From a virus: DNA of 64,000 bases. Under the pieces are notes generated by a model. That model was not told the DNA's origin and ran no database searches. It worked only from the letters and a program-made list of their open reading frames with translations. A program made the translations under genes and the position numbers. The stretch lies in IMG/VR virus record IMGVR_UViG_3300028829_002503, one strand, 5' to 3'. This document shows positions 18,117 to 27,670 of this stretch, in pieces; position 1 is the first letter of the stretch, and every line of letters starts with the position of its first letter.

Positions 18117-18965
18117 CTAGGAAAAATTTACAGGGTTTAACTCAAAGTTTACTTTATCTGGCTTCTTACATTCTTCGCAAACAAATTCAAAGACACTCAA
18201 GTCTGTTGTTTTTATATCGAGTGAGTCTATTTTATTTTTTACGTCTTTAACAACCGAAGTGGGAACATTATCTATGAATTCTACAATATGTTCATACTCA
18301 TATACATCACCTTCTGGTGTTTCTATCTTGTGGATAGAATTGATAAGCAAATCTACATTCTGTTTTGATACTTTTCTAAAACTGATTGCAAATTGTTTTG
18401 CCATTTCTAACTCTGCATTTTCTTCGCCTGCATTACTTTCCGCAGTTTTTTGAATACTATTCAATATTCTAGCCTGTTCAACATCAATTAGTGCTAATCT
18501 AGTAACACTTTCAAGTTTTGGCGGCTGTATATGAATTTTTAAATCCCCCCATTCTACTGGTTCTAGTTTCTTTACTTCTGGAAACTTCTCAAGTATCTGG
18601 TTTATGTCGATATTATATTCAGCCTGTGCTTCACAGTGAGAACACGTGTGTAGGTGTGATATATCCTTGCCATATGTTGCAAGTTTTATTGCCAAAAATA
18701 GCAATTCTGCATCTACGTTGCATAATTCTCTAGGTTCTGGAATAGTTGGCACACAACTTTTGATTAGTTCTACAAACGCTTCACCATTAAGAAGTGCATC
18801 GGGATTTGTCATTGATATCTCATCAATTGCAGTCATTGGCAAAATGCCAATCTCATCCAATACAGTTTTTTCTATTTCTGGATTAAATGCTCCGGCTGTC
18901 GGAATTTGTACATATAGTTCTGGTTTACGAAAATATCCTGCTAGAGGATTTGATTTGTCGCTCAT
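18117..18965 (-). CDS. gp26: Baseplate hub / tail assembly chaperone (gp26-like)
   Basis: NPLAGYFRKPELYVQIPT, PMTAIDEI..PDALLNG, D..LLFLAIKLATYG, CSHC/CEEC, ends PVNF. Confidence 0.8.
   Translation of the reverse strand: MSDKSNPLAGYFRKPELYVQIPTAGAFNPEIEKTVLDEIGILPMTAIDEISMTNPDALLNGEAFVELIKSCVPTIPEPRELCNVDAELLFLAIKLATYGKDISHLHTCSHCEAQAEYNIDINQILEKFPEVKKLEPVEWGDLKIHIQPPKLESVTRLALIDVEQARILNSIQKTAESNAGEENAELEMAKQFAISFRKVSKQNVDLLINSIHKIETPEGDVYEYEHIVEFIDNVPTSVVKDVKNKIDSLDIKTTDLSVFEFVCEECKKPDKVNFELNPVNFS
18123..18129 (-). other. Slippery heptamer A-AAT-TTT for -1 ribosomal frameshift
   Basis: Minus strand reads GTA AAT TTT TCC TAG; X-XXY-YYZ pattern in the correct frame, one codon before the stop. 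Confidence 0.65.
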
Positions 18966-19088
18966 TTTATTTCCTTTGATAAATACAGTATAAGTTAATT
19001 AATTAGATAAATTAAATACGAACTAAATTATCTAATTAATATTTATCTTTAATAATAACTACGAAGTTTTTGATAATAGAGAGTAGAC

Positions 19089-21140
19089 ATGGCAGAAGAA
19101 CAAGACGTACATATTTCCAGTATTAGTGGTACTATTGCCGCATGGAGCAGTGAAGCAACTGCGAAAAAGATGGAGGGCGTGTTAACCAAAATAGCAGGCC
19201 AAAATGCCTCTATAATGCAGTTATTAAATGCTACTAAAAATGGAACACAACTTTCAACAAAAGAATTGGCAAAGATTAGTGCTGATATAAGAAAGCAGGA
19301 CTCTACTGCCAGAAAGAGTGAACAGGTAAACAAGGCAGACAGAACAAGAACTCAACAACAAGAACAGAAACAAACAGGAATATTATCTAATATTCCAATT
19401 GGATTAAGAGATGTTGTTTCTGAATTAAAAGCAAACGAGAGAGCAGAAAAGAAAAGAGCCAATATTTTAAAAGACTTGATGGCTAAAGGTATGGGCAGAA
19501 GTCAAGCAGAGTCAGTTATAAAAAGAGGTGAGGCACGAGAAAAGTCTATAGAATTGATGAAAAGTGCTGGCAAAGTAGGCGCCCTCGCTGTTGCAACTGG
19601 TAGCGGAGTCCAAGAAGCCCAAAGAGTTGCTTTCAGTGAAAGATTTGACATGGTCCGAGAGATGAGACAGTCGGGTTTATTACATGGATTTGAAGTTGCT
19701 GGAAAGGGTTTTATTGATATCAGTAGAACTATTAGTAAAACTAATTTTACTTTTGGTGAAGCCTCAGATTTTGTTTCTAAGTTTTCTAAAGTAGTTGGAA
19801 TTAATGGCGTAAAAGGTACATTAGATTTTGTTCACGCTCTTGCCTCACCAGATGACCAAGACGGAATGATGCAGAGAATGGGTATGGAGTTTAGCCAAGT
19901 AACAAACATGGCAGGGCAATACCTTGAGACGTTACGAATTTCAGGTCAACTTCAAAATATGTCTGACCAGCAAATGAGACGAGGCATGGATAGTTTCATG
20001 TCGAATGTTGAAATGACTGCAAATGTATTAAAGGTATCAATCGAAGAAGCCGCGGCAATGATGACGGGAGTATCTGATTCAGATGCTGGTCTATTGAATA
20101 CAATGCCGGCAGAACAAAGAGACACAATACTGTCAGCAGTTCAGAGTATGAATGCCCAAGGCATGGGACCATTGGCAGATTTGTTGAAATCAAGGCTAAC
20201 AGCCGGGTCAGAACAAGCATTTGTTTTATCAGCACAGTATAACGAAATGGCAAATAGTGCATTAGGAAGAGAGTTATTAGATTTTACTAATCAGTTGGCA
20301 CCAATACTTGAAAATGAAGGAGATGCGGCGTTTCAAACTGCATTAGCAGAAATGATGGGACCCTTTGCACAAAATTTCTTATCACAGGCATCAACTGGCG
20401 GACAAAGAGCATTGATGATTGGCGATGAACAGTATGCGGCAATGGTTGGCGAGTTTATGAAAGTGGCTCAAACTTACCAAGATGCAAATAAAGGAATTCA
20501 AAAACCACAAGGCGAAGATATAACAGAACTATTGAATCGTGAACAACAACGTCAAGCGGCAGTGTTGGCAGAAGATGCAATGAACGAATTGTTGCCCCTT
20601 TTTGTAGAAAACTTACAGGATTTGACAAAAGTAAATAGAGAATTTGCTGAACAGGCAAACATAACATTAAAAGAATTGAAAGGTGTTGTTGGATTTGCGG
20701 CAGACGTTGGGACTACATTTGACGTAATTAAGTCAAGTATTGCAACATTCTTCTTAGATGTGTTCGAAAATTCTGAGGCAAACGCTCCTGTTAACACAAT
20801 CGAAATGAGTAACAATGAGCGAAGTAGATTAAACTTGGATAAGAATTCAACAAAAGATGATGTCACAACGGCATTAGCAAATCAACGTATTGATACTCAA
20901 ATTATTTTGAACGAAGTTAACGAATTTGCAAAGAAAATTGAAGATGGTGAATTTGGAAGCATGAATACGGAAAATTTAGTGGACTTAATAGAGCAAAGAA
21001 ACAGGCAAAACAAAACATATCGTTCATCTGAATTTAAATCAGTAGACGCCGAAACCCAAAGTCTTAGAGACGAATTGACGAAGCAGATGCTGGAGAATAG
21101 TGCGGCACTTGCCAAATTGATAAGCGAACTGAACAAATAA
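19089..21140 (+). CDS. Tape measure protein
   Basis: 683-aa Ala/Gly/Gln-rich helical protein, divergent from the tail chaperone genes; GATAAATAC at 18978. Confidence 0.7.
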   Translation: MAEEQDVHISSISGTIAAWSSEATAKKMEGVLTKIAGQNASIMQLLNATKNGTQLSTKELAKISADIRKQDSTARKSEQVNKADRTRTQQQEQKQTGILSNIPIGLRDVVSELKANERAEKKRANILKDLMAKGMGRSQAESVIKRGEAREKSIELMKSAGKVGALAVATGSGVQEAQRVAFSERFDMVREMRQSGLLHGFEVAGKGFIDISRTISKTNFTFGEASDFVSKFSKVVGINGVKGTLDFVHALASPDDQDGMMQRMGMEFSQVTNMAGQYLETLRISGQLQNMSDQQMRRGMDSFMSNVEMTANVLKVSIEEAAAMMTGVSDSDAGLLNTMPAEQRDTILSAVQSMNAQGMGPLADLLKSRLTAGSEQAFVLSAQYNEMANSALGRELLDFTNQLAPILENEGDAAFQTALAEMMGPFAQNFLSQASTGGQRALMIGDEQYAAMVGEFMKVAQTYQDANKGIQKPQGEDITELLNREQQRQAAVLAEDAMNELLPLFVENLQDLTKVNREFAEQANITLKELKGVVGFAADVGTTFDVIKSSIATFFLDVFENSEANAPVNTIEMSNNERSRLNLDKNSTKDDVTTALANQRIDTQIILNEVNEFAKKIEDGEFGSMNTENLVDLIEQRNRQNKTYRSSEFKSVDAETQSLRDELTKQMLENSAALAKLISELNK

Positions 21141-21150
21141 AGGTAAACGG

Positions 21151-21179
21151 TTGACAATGTATACAAAATATGTTAATAT
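21151..21179 (+). promoter_or_regulatory. sigma70-type promoter upstream of the portal gene
   Basis: TTGACA 21151-56, 17-nt spacer ending TG-T, TAATAT 21174-79. Confidence 0.65.
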
Positions 21180-21200
21180 AGATAAAATTAGGATTAAATT

Positions 21201-22895
21201 ATGACTTGGAAAAAGTACTTTAAAACATATGATGGTGTTCCACGCCCATCTGCGGAATCTGGACCCGCTACAAATAATGCGTCTAGTTCAAAATATAGCA
21301 GTTGGTTACCTGAAGTCTATATGGGACAACCCAATAGAGTACAGCGTTATGGACAATATGACCAAATGGATATGGATTCTGAAGTCAATGCGGCATTAGA
21401 TACGATTGCCGAATTTTCTACACTATTCAGTGAAACTACTAAATTGCCATTTAACATTCAATACAATGATGACCCATCGTTTACTGAAAACGAAATTCTT
21501 CAGAAATCACTACGTCAGTGGTGTTCAATGAACAAAATGAACCAACGCATTTTTAGAATTTTTAGAAATACAGTTAAATATGGTGACCAATTATTCGTAA
21601 GAGACCCAGAAACATATAAGTTATATTGGGTAAATCCATCAAAAGTTGAAAAAGTTGTCGTAAACGAGGGCAAAGGTAAAAAGATTGAAGCATATTACAT
21701 TAAAGATTTAGATATCAATATGCAAAGTCTTAACATCACAGCAGACACAGTTAAATTATCACAGACGGGCCATCAAAAGATGGGTATTCCTAACTCGACT
21801 GCTGGTATGCAACAAAGTTATTCTTCTGGTGCTCCAGAAGGTTCACGTTTCGCACATGATGTTACTACAACAGCAATTGATGCCAAGCATGTTATTCATG
21901 TATCTTTAAGTGAAGGTATCGACCAATACTGGCCTTTCGGCACAAGTATGCTTGAGCCTGTATTTAAAGTATACAAGCAAAAAGAATTATTAGAAGACTC
22001 AATTATTATCTATCGTGTGCAACGTGCGCCAGAACGTAGAGTATTTTATATTGATGTTGGTGATATGCCGACACATAAAGCACGTCAACACTTAGAACGT
22101 ATTAAGAATGAAATTCATCAACGTAGAATCCCATCTAAAACTGGTGGCGGTGCTAACGTTGTTGATAGTGCATATAATCCACTATCAATTATGGAAGATT
22201 ACTTCTTTGCTCAAACGGCTGAAGGTCGTGGTTCTAAAGTTGAAACACTTCCAGGTGGTGAAAACTTAGGTCAAATTGATGACTTGAAGTTCTTTAATGA
22301 CAAACTACTAAGAGGTTTGCGTGTTCCACCAAGTTACTTGGGTGGCATGGATGCAAATGGTTCTGCATTTAACGATGGTAGAACTGGTACTGCAATGATA
22401 CAAGAGTTTAGATTTACAAAATATTGTGAAAGACTACAACAACTTATTGTTGAAGAACTAGATAACGAATTTAAGATGTTCTTAAAACACCGAGGTGTTC
22501 AGATTGAAAGTAGTTCTTTCGACTTATCATTCAATGTTGTTCAGAACTTCGGTAAGTATCGTCAAGCAGAAGTAGACCAAGTAGCAATGAATGTGTTTAC
22601 GAGTGTTGAAGGCGCAGATTACATCAGTAAGCGTTTTGCAATGAAGCGTTTCTTAGGATTATCTGAAGAAGAAATCTTAGAAAACTCAATGCTATGGAAA
22701 GAAGAACGTAACGTTGATGACCCACTTCAAGGAAGCGATGACGGACTTAAGGGTGTTGGAGCATCTCCGGGACCAGCAGGTGGTGACTTTGATATGGGCG
22801 GTGAGGACTTTGATGACTTAGAAGATGAAACCGAAGAAGGCTCAGTAATATCTGGTGATGAGAATACAGAAGCAGAAACCGATGATATTGCATAA
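21201..22895 (+). CDS. gp20: Portal vertex protein
   Basis: IYRVQRAPERRVFYIDVG, EDYFFAQ..GRGSKVETLPGG.NLG, LRVPPSYL. Confidence 0.96.
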   Translation: MTWKKYFKTYDGVPRPSAESGPATNNASSSKYSSWLPEVYMGQPNRVQRYGQYDQMDMDSEVNAALDTIAEFSTLFSETTKLPFNIQYNDDPSFTENEILQKSLRQWCSMNKMNQRIFRIFRNTVKYGDQLFVRDPETYKLYWVNPSKVEKVVVNEGKGKKIEAYYIKDLDINMQSLNITADTVKLSQTGHQKMGIPNSTAGMQQSYSSGAPEGSRFAHDVTTTAIDAKHVIHVSLSEGIDQYWPFGTSMLEPVFKVYKQKELLEDSIIIYRVQRAPERRVFYIDVGDMPTHKARQHLERIKNEIHQRRIPSKTGGGANVVDSAYNPLSIMEDYFFAQTAEGRGSKVETLPGGENLGQIDDLKFFNDKLLRGLRVPPSYLGGMDANGSAFNDGRTGTAMIQEFRFTKYCERLQQLIVEELDNEFKMFLKHRGVQIESSSFDLSFNVVQNFGKYRQAEVDQVAMNVFTSVEGADYISKRFAMKRFLGLSEEEILENSMLWKEERNVDDPLQGSDDGLKGVGASPGPAGGDFDMGGEDFDDLEDETEEGSVISGDENTEAETDDIA

Positions 22896-22952
22896 ATACA
22901 ATGAGCCAAGGACGTAATTGTTCAACTACTAATTCAATCAAGGAGAAAGCAA

Positions 22953-23255
22953 ATGGCAGTAACACAAACAATAACCATATCGAAAGACGATGGTACAGCA
23001 TATTCGGCTATGAATGACCTAACATCAGCAATGTTCACCGAGTGTTCAATGCCTGATGAAGTTAACAATTTTATAGCAACATGTACTTCAGAAGGAACAT
23101 GTTCCAATTCTACAGTTTTATCAGAAGATGGCACAACTGTAACTATTACAAGAGTTTGGGATGACGCAAAATGGGCAGAATTTGACGCAATGTCAAGTGG
23201 TGATTTTGATGCGGCAGCCGCAGGCTGGACAGTAACATCTTCAGACGACTCATAA
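22953..23255 (+). CDS. Hypothetical acidic protein (100 aa) with its own late promoter
   Basis: SD AGGAG; CATAAATAC at 22891 overlaps the portal stop codon. Confidence 0.7.
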   Translation: MAVTQTITISKDDGTAYSAMNDLTSAMFTECSMPDEVNNFIATCTSEGTCSNSTVLSEDGTTVTITRVWDDAKWAEFDAMSSGDFDAAAAGWTVTSSDDS

Positions 23256-23290
23256 TCGTATTAAGAAATTTTTAAAGACGGGCAAGTATA

Positions 23291-23521
23291 ATGAAATATA
23301 TTGAGATAAACGAAAATTATTCTCCAGAGGATGATGAATTCAACAGTATTGACCTAGAAGACACTCGTAAGACACGTTTGACTCTTGCCCATCTTTCTAA
23401 ATTAAGAAAAATAAGAGAATACAGAAAGTTTCAGAAAGCATCAGAAGATGCACAAGTTAAAAAACAGTACGGCCCATCAGAAGAATCATCAGGTGGTTCT
23501 GCTGGCTCACTCGACTTATAA
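23291..23521 (+). CDS. Small head-region protein
   Basis: 76 aa, TRKTRLTLAHLSKLRK motif; lies between portal and scaffold genes. Confidence 0.65.
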   Translation: MKYIEINENYSPEDDEFNSIDLEDTRKTRLTLAHLSKLRKIREYRKFQKASEDAQVKKQYGPSEESSGGSAGSLDL

Positions 23522-23765
23522 CGCTGTAAATCTCATTATTAAGTATAGTTTTAAATAATATCAAAACTTACTAAATATCTTAAGTTCGGTGAAAAAACCG
23601 AAAAAAATGCTCATTTCCGAGTATTTTCCCAATGTACTTACATAATCCCCATAAATACTTGTGTATGAAACCCATATATACTATTTCGTAGTATATGTAA
23701 GTTCGTTTCTATAACCCGCCGCAATTGTAGTGGCTATGAAGAAAATATTATTAAGGAGACTTATA

Positions 23766-24551
23766 ATGTCAAGAAGTACACTAGAACAAGTGCTAGAATT
23801 GTTAATCAATGAAGAGAATGCAAAAGCAGAATCGCTTTTACATGACTTTGTTGTTGAACAGGCACGACAAATCCACGAGGATTCTCTTAACGAAAGCGAC
23901 ACAGTTGTAGAAGAAGAACTTGAGGAAATTGAAGAAACAGAAGAGGTCGAATCTTTAAACGATGATATCGAAGAAGATTCTGACGAAATCGAAACAGAAG
24001 AAATCTTTGACGATGAAGACGTTTCTGATGAAGAGGCTGAAGAAGACTTAGAAATGAGTGATGAAGAGCCAGCAGAAGAAATCGAAGACAGAGTTGAAGA
24101 CCTAGAATCAGCACTATCAGACCTAGAAGCAGAATTTGAAAAAATTATGGCTGGCGAAGATGATGCAGAAGATGAAGGTGAAGAAATGGATATGGGCGAT
24201 ATTGATTTAGATATCGAAGAGCCTGAAATGGAAGAATCAGTTGAAGAAGTTGTCGAAGAAGCAGACGAAACTGAGGAAGACGCTGTTGAAGAAGCCGCAT
24301 CTGAAGATTTGGACGAAGAAACAGAAGAAAAGTTGGAAGAGTATACTATTCCAGCAACTGCTAAAGAAGGCGATGATGGAGAAGGTTCTTCACCAGTAGC
24401 CAAAGATGGCGGCGCAGACGAAAGTGGCGCGGCACCAGTTGGACAAAACGATGGTAACACATCAGGCGGTTCAGCATCAGCAGAAGATATGAAAACAGGT
24501 AATGTAAACACAGTTGGCAACAAGAAAGCGCCAGCACCGAAAAAAGCCTAA
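23766..24551 (+). CDS. Highly acidic prohead core/scaffold protein (gp67/gp68-like position)
   Basis: About 40% Glu/Asp in the central part; start moved to ATG 23766 (SD AGGAGA); CATAAATAC at 23650. Confidence 0.75.
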   Translation: MSRSTLEQVLELLINEENAKAESLLHDFVVEQARQIHEDSLNESDTVVEEELEEIEETEEVESLNDDIEEDSDEIETEEIFDDEDVSDEEAEEDLEMSDEEPAEEIEDRVEDLESALSDLEAEFEKIMAGEDDAEDEGEEMDMGDIDLDIEEPEMEESVEEVVEEADETEEDAVEEAASEDLDEETEEKLEEYTIPATAKEGDDGEGSSPVAKDGGADESGAAPVGQNDGNTSGGSASAEDMKTGNVNTVGNKKAPAPKKA

Positions 24552-24577
24552 GTAATAAACTCTTTTAGGAGAAACCA

Positions 24578-25207
24578 ATGACAGTTCTTATTGAAAAATA
24601 TACACATAATCAAGCAAACGTTAAGTCACGTATTGTTGAGAACGAGTCAGGTGAAAAGAATATGTTCATGGAAGGCATTTTCGTTCAAGGTAACGTTAAG
24701 AATGCTAACCAAAGAATGTATCCTGTAGACGAAATCTCTAAAGCAGTGGAATCAGTCCAAAAAAGAATTAAGGAAGGATTTCCAGTTTTAGGCGAATGCG
24801 ACCATCCACCTGAATTAACAGTCAACGTTGACCGTGTTTCACACATTATTGAAAATATGTGGATGGACGGCGCTGACGGATTTGGTAAACTAAAGATTGT
24901 TCCTACGCCAATGGGTAACATTATCAGAACATTAATCGAATCGGGTGCCACTTTAGGTGTCTCATCTCGTGGTTCTGGTGAAGTTGACCACGCTGGTAAA
25001 GTGAGCAATTATGAAATTATCACTGTAGATATTGTGGCACAGCCAAGTGCCCCGGATGCATATCCGAAAGCAATATATGAGGGATTAATGAATATGAACG
25101 GCGGTTACGATACTTGGAAACTAGCCCAAAGTGTTCAAAACGACAAGTCTGCACAAAAGTACTTGTCAAAAGAAATAGTTAAGTTCATTAGAGAACTTAA
25201 ACTTTAA
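24578..25207 (+). CDS. gp21: Prohead protease
   Basis: GIFVQG.VKNANQRMYP, GECDHP, VSH, LGVSSRGSG, DIVAQPSAPDA. Confidence 0.95.
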   Translation: MTVLIEKYTHNQANVKSRIVENESGEKNMFMEGIFVQGNVKNANQRMYPVDEISKAVESVQKRIKEGFPVLGECDHPPELTVNVDRVSHIIENMWMDGADGFGKLKIVPTPMGNIIRTLIESGATLGVSSRGSGEVDHAGKVSNYEIITVDIVAQPSAPDAYPKAIYEGLMNMNGGYDTWKLAQSVQNDKSAQKYLSKEIVKFIRELKL

Positions 25208-25227
25208 TAGAAGAAGGAGAACCAACA

Positions 25228-26349
25228 ATGGCAACAAATGAAATCCTTGCTGGTCTTCTTGAGTCTGATATTATAGGTGAAGAAGTTTCAACTCAAATAT
25301 CAGAGGCTTGGGAAGCACAAATAAATGAAGCAAGAGAGGAGATAACAGCCGAGTTGCGTGAAGAGTTTGCACAGAAGTTCGAACATGACAAATCAGTAAT
25401 TGTAGAAGCCATGGATAACATGCTTTCAACAGCAATTAAAACTGAAATGGATGAGTTCAAAACTGACCGTGAAGCCCTAATCGCAGAACGTGTTGCATAT
25501 AAGAAAGCAATTTCTGAACATGCATCTCTCCTTGAAAAATTCATTACTTCTCAATTAGCAAATGAAGTTAAAGAATTACGTGACGACCGTGCTAAAGTTA
25601 ACGAACATTTAGATAGAACTAAAGATTTCGTTGTTAAACAACTTTCACGTGAACTTGCGGAATTCCACGATGATAAACGTGATTTAGTGGAAACTAAAGT
25701 ACGTATGGTAGCAGAAGGTAAAGAGATTCTTAATAAGACTAAGAATTCATTTATCAAGCGTTCAGCAGAGTTAGTCGAAAAGACTATCGATAAGGCTTTA
25801 CGTTCTGAATTGGCTGTTCTTAAAGAGGACATCCAAGCGGCTAAAGAAAACGAGTTTGGCCGTAAAATTTTTGAAACATTCGCAGGCGAATTTATGACCT
25901 CACAATTAAGTGAAGGTACTGAAGTTGCTAAGATTACTAAAAAATTAGAAGAATCTGCATCCGAGATTGCTAAATTAGAAGCAACAATTACTGAAAAAGA
26001 AGAAGCCATTTCTAGCGTTGAAACTGCAAAGAAAGTGTTAGAAGACAGAATTGACCGAAACAAGGTCATGGAAAGTCTTTTATCGCCTCTAGGCAAAGAA
26101 AAGCGTACAGTTATGGTTGATTTGCTTGAAACAGTAAAAACAACTAATTTAAAATCTGCATTTAAGAAATATCTACCTGCAGTTTTGAATGAGAGTGTCT
26201 CAACAGAGGCAAAACAATCGTTAAATGAAGGCAAAGTAACAGAACACACTGGCGACAGAGATGAACAAGTGGTTATTTCATCAAAAGCGTCAGATGATAG
26301 CGATGCCAATAACATCATCCAGTTAAAGAAATTGGCTGGACTTAAATAA
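25228..26349 (+). CDS. gp22: Prohead core scaffold
   Basis: Coiled-coil protein between gp21 and gp23; G.KIFETFAGEF. Confidence 0.85.
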   Translation: MATNEILAGLLESDIIGEEVSTQISEAWEAQINEAREEITAELREEFAQKFEHDKSVIVEAMDNMLSTAIKTEMDEFKTDREALIAERVAYKKAISEHASLLEKFITSQLANEVKELRDDRAKVNEHLDRTKDFVVKQLSRELAEFHDDKRDLVETKVRMVAEGKEILNKTKNSFIKRSAELVEKTIDKALRSELAVLKEDIQAAKENEFGRKIFETFAGEFMTSQLSEGTEVAKITKKLEESASEIAKLEATITEKEEAISSVETAKKVLEDRIDRNKVMESLLSPLGKEKRTVMVDLLETVKTTNLKSAFKKYLPAVLNESVSTEAKQSLNEGKVTEHTGDRDEQVVISSKASDDSDANNIIQLKKLAGLK

Positions 26350-26371
26350 TAACCAGATACAGGAGAAAAAG

Positions 26372-27544
26372 ATGGAAAATCTTTTTGAAGGAAATAACTG
26401 GGACACTACACGTGAAACACTTTTAGACGGTTTAGAAGGTAACAAACGTGACGTAATGTCTTCAGTTTTAGAAAACACAAAACAAGCACTTACTGAAAGT
26501 GCTACAGCGGGTGCATCACAGGCTGGTAATATTGCTACGTTAAACAAAGTTATTTTACCAATCATCAGACGTGTTATGCCAACTGTTATTGCAAACGAAA
26601 TTATTGGTGTTCAACCAATGACTGGTCCAGTAGGACAAATTCACACATTGCGTGTAAGATATGCTGAAACTGCCGGTGGCGCAACAGCAGGTCAAGAAGC
26701 ATTATCACCTTTTGATATTGCTAACGCATATTCTGGTGACGCGGCAGGGGCTCCGGCTTCAACTGCATCATTAGAAGGTGAAGCAGGTAACAAAATGTCA
26801 ATTCAAGTGTTGAAACAAACAGTTGAAGCGAAAACACGTAAGTTATCAGCACGTTGGACATTCGAGGCGGCACAAGATGCTAACTCAATGCACGGACTAG
26901 ACGTTGAAGCAGAAATCATGGCAGCACTTGCTATGGAAATCACTGCTGAAATCGACCAAGAAATCATCGGTTCATTAAAGAACCTAGCAACAGGTACAGC
27001 GTCATATGATATGGCAGCGGCGGCTGGTAATGCAGGACACGTAAGTGGTAATGCAACATTCGTTGGTGACAGACATGCGGCACTAGCCACAATGATGAAC
27101 AGAGAAGCAAACCTAATTGCACAACGTACTCGTAGAGGCGCGGCAAACTGGGCAGTAGTTTCTCCAGCGGCATTAACTGTACTACAGTCTGCTACTACAT
27201 CAGCATTTGCTAGAACAACTGAAGGTACTTTCGAAGCACCTACAAACACTAAGTTTGTTGGAACTTTAAACGGTACTATGCGTATCTATGTAAACACATA
27301 CGCTTCAGACGATAACGTTCTTTTAGGCTATAAAGGTCAAGGCGAAATTGACGCGGCTGCGTTCTATTGCCCATACGTTCCATTAATGTCATCAGGCGTT
27401 GTGGTTGACCCAGGCACTTTTGAGCCAGTAGTATCATTCATGACTCGTTACGGGTATGTTGAATTGAACAACACTGCATCATCACTTGGTAATGCGGCTG
27501 ACTACGTTTCAAAGATTGCACTAAGCAACCTTTCATTCCAATAA
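26372..27544 (+). CDS. gp23: Major capsid protein
   Basis: IRRVMP..IA.EIIGVQPMTGPVGQI, EAKTRKLSARWTFE.AQD, FYCPYVPL, FMTRYG. Confidence 0.97.
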   Translation: MENLFEGNNWDTTRETLLDGLEGNKRDVMSSVLENTKQALTESATAGASQAGNIATLNKVILPIIRRVMPTVIANEIIGVQPMTGPVGQIHTLRVRYAETAGGATAGQEALSPFDIANAYSGDAAGAPASTASLEGEAGNKMSIQVLKQTVEAKTRKLSARWTFEAAQDANSMHGLDVEAEIMAALAMEITAEIDQEIIGSLKNLATGTASYDMAAAAGNAGHVSGNATFVGDRHAALATMMNREANLIAQRTRRGAANWAVVSPAALTVLQSATTSAFARTTEGTFEAPTNTKFVGTLNGTMRIYVNTYASDDNVLLGYKGQGEIDAAAFYCPYVPLMSSGVVVDPGTFEPVVSFMTRYGYVELNNTASSLGNAADYVSKIALSNLSFQ

Positions 27545-27566
27545 TATTATATTATTATATGAATAT

Positions 27567-27593
27567 AAAAAGCCACCTTCGGGTGGCTTTTTT
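27567..27593 (+). terminator. Intrinsic terminator
   Basis: AAAAAGCCACC-TTCG-GGTGGCTTTTTT. Confidence 0.9.
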
Positions 27594-27670
27594 ATTGCCT
27601 GCTTTCCTGGTATAGAGATAAAGATAAATACATATAATATAACTTATTAGTATTTTTTTGGAACAATATA

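Noticed and set aside
18117-18119. Stop-codon reassignment or TAG read-through at the gp26 end
   Set aside because: The same frame hits TGA three codons later, and TAG ends other intact genes (gp46, gp1); the -1 frame explains the junction better
19051-19070. ACTACGAA-like motif near some late promoters (also near 3061 and 23685)
   Set aside because: Few copies, inconsistent orientation and spacing
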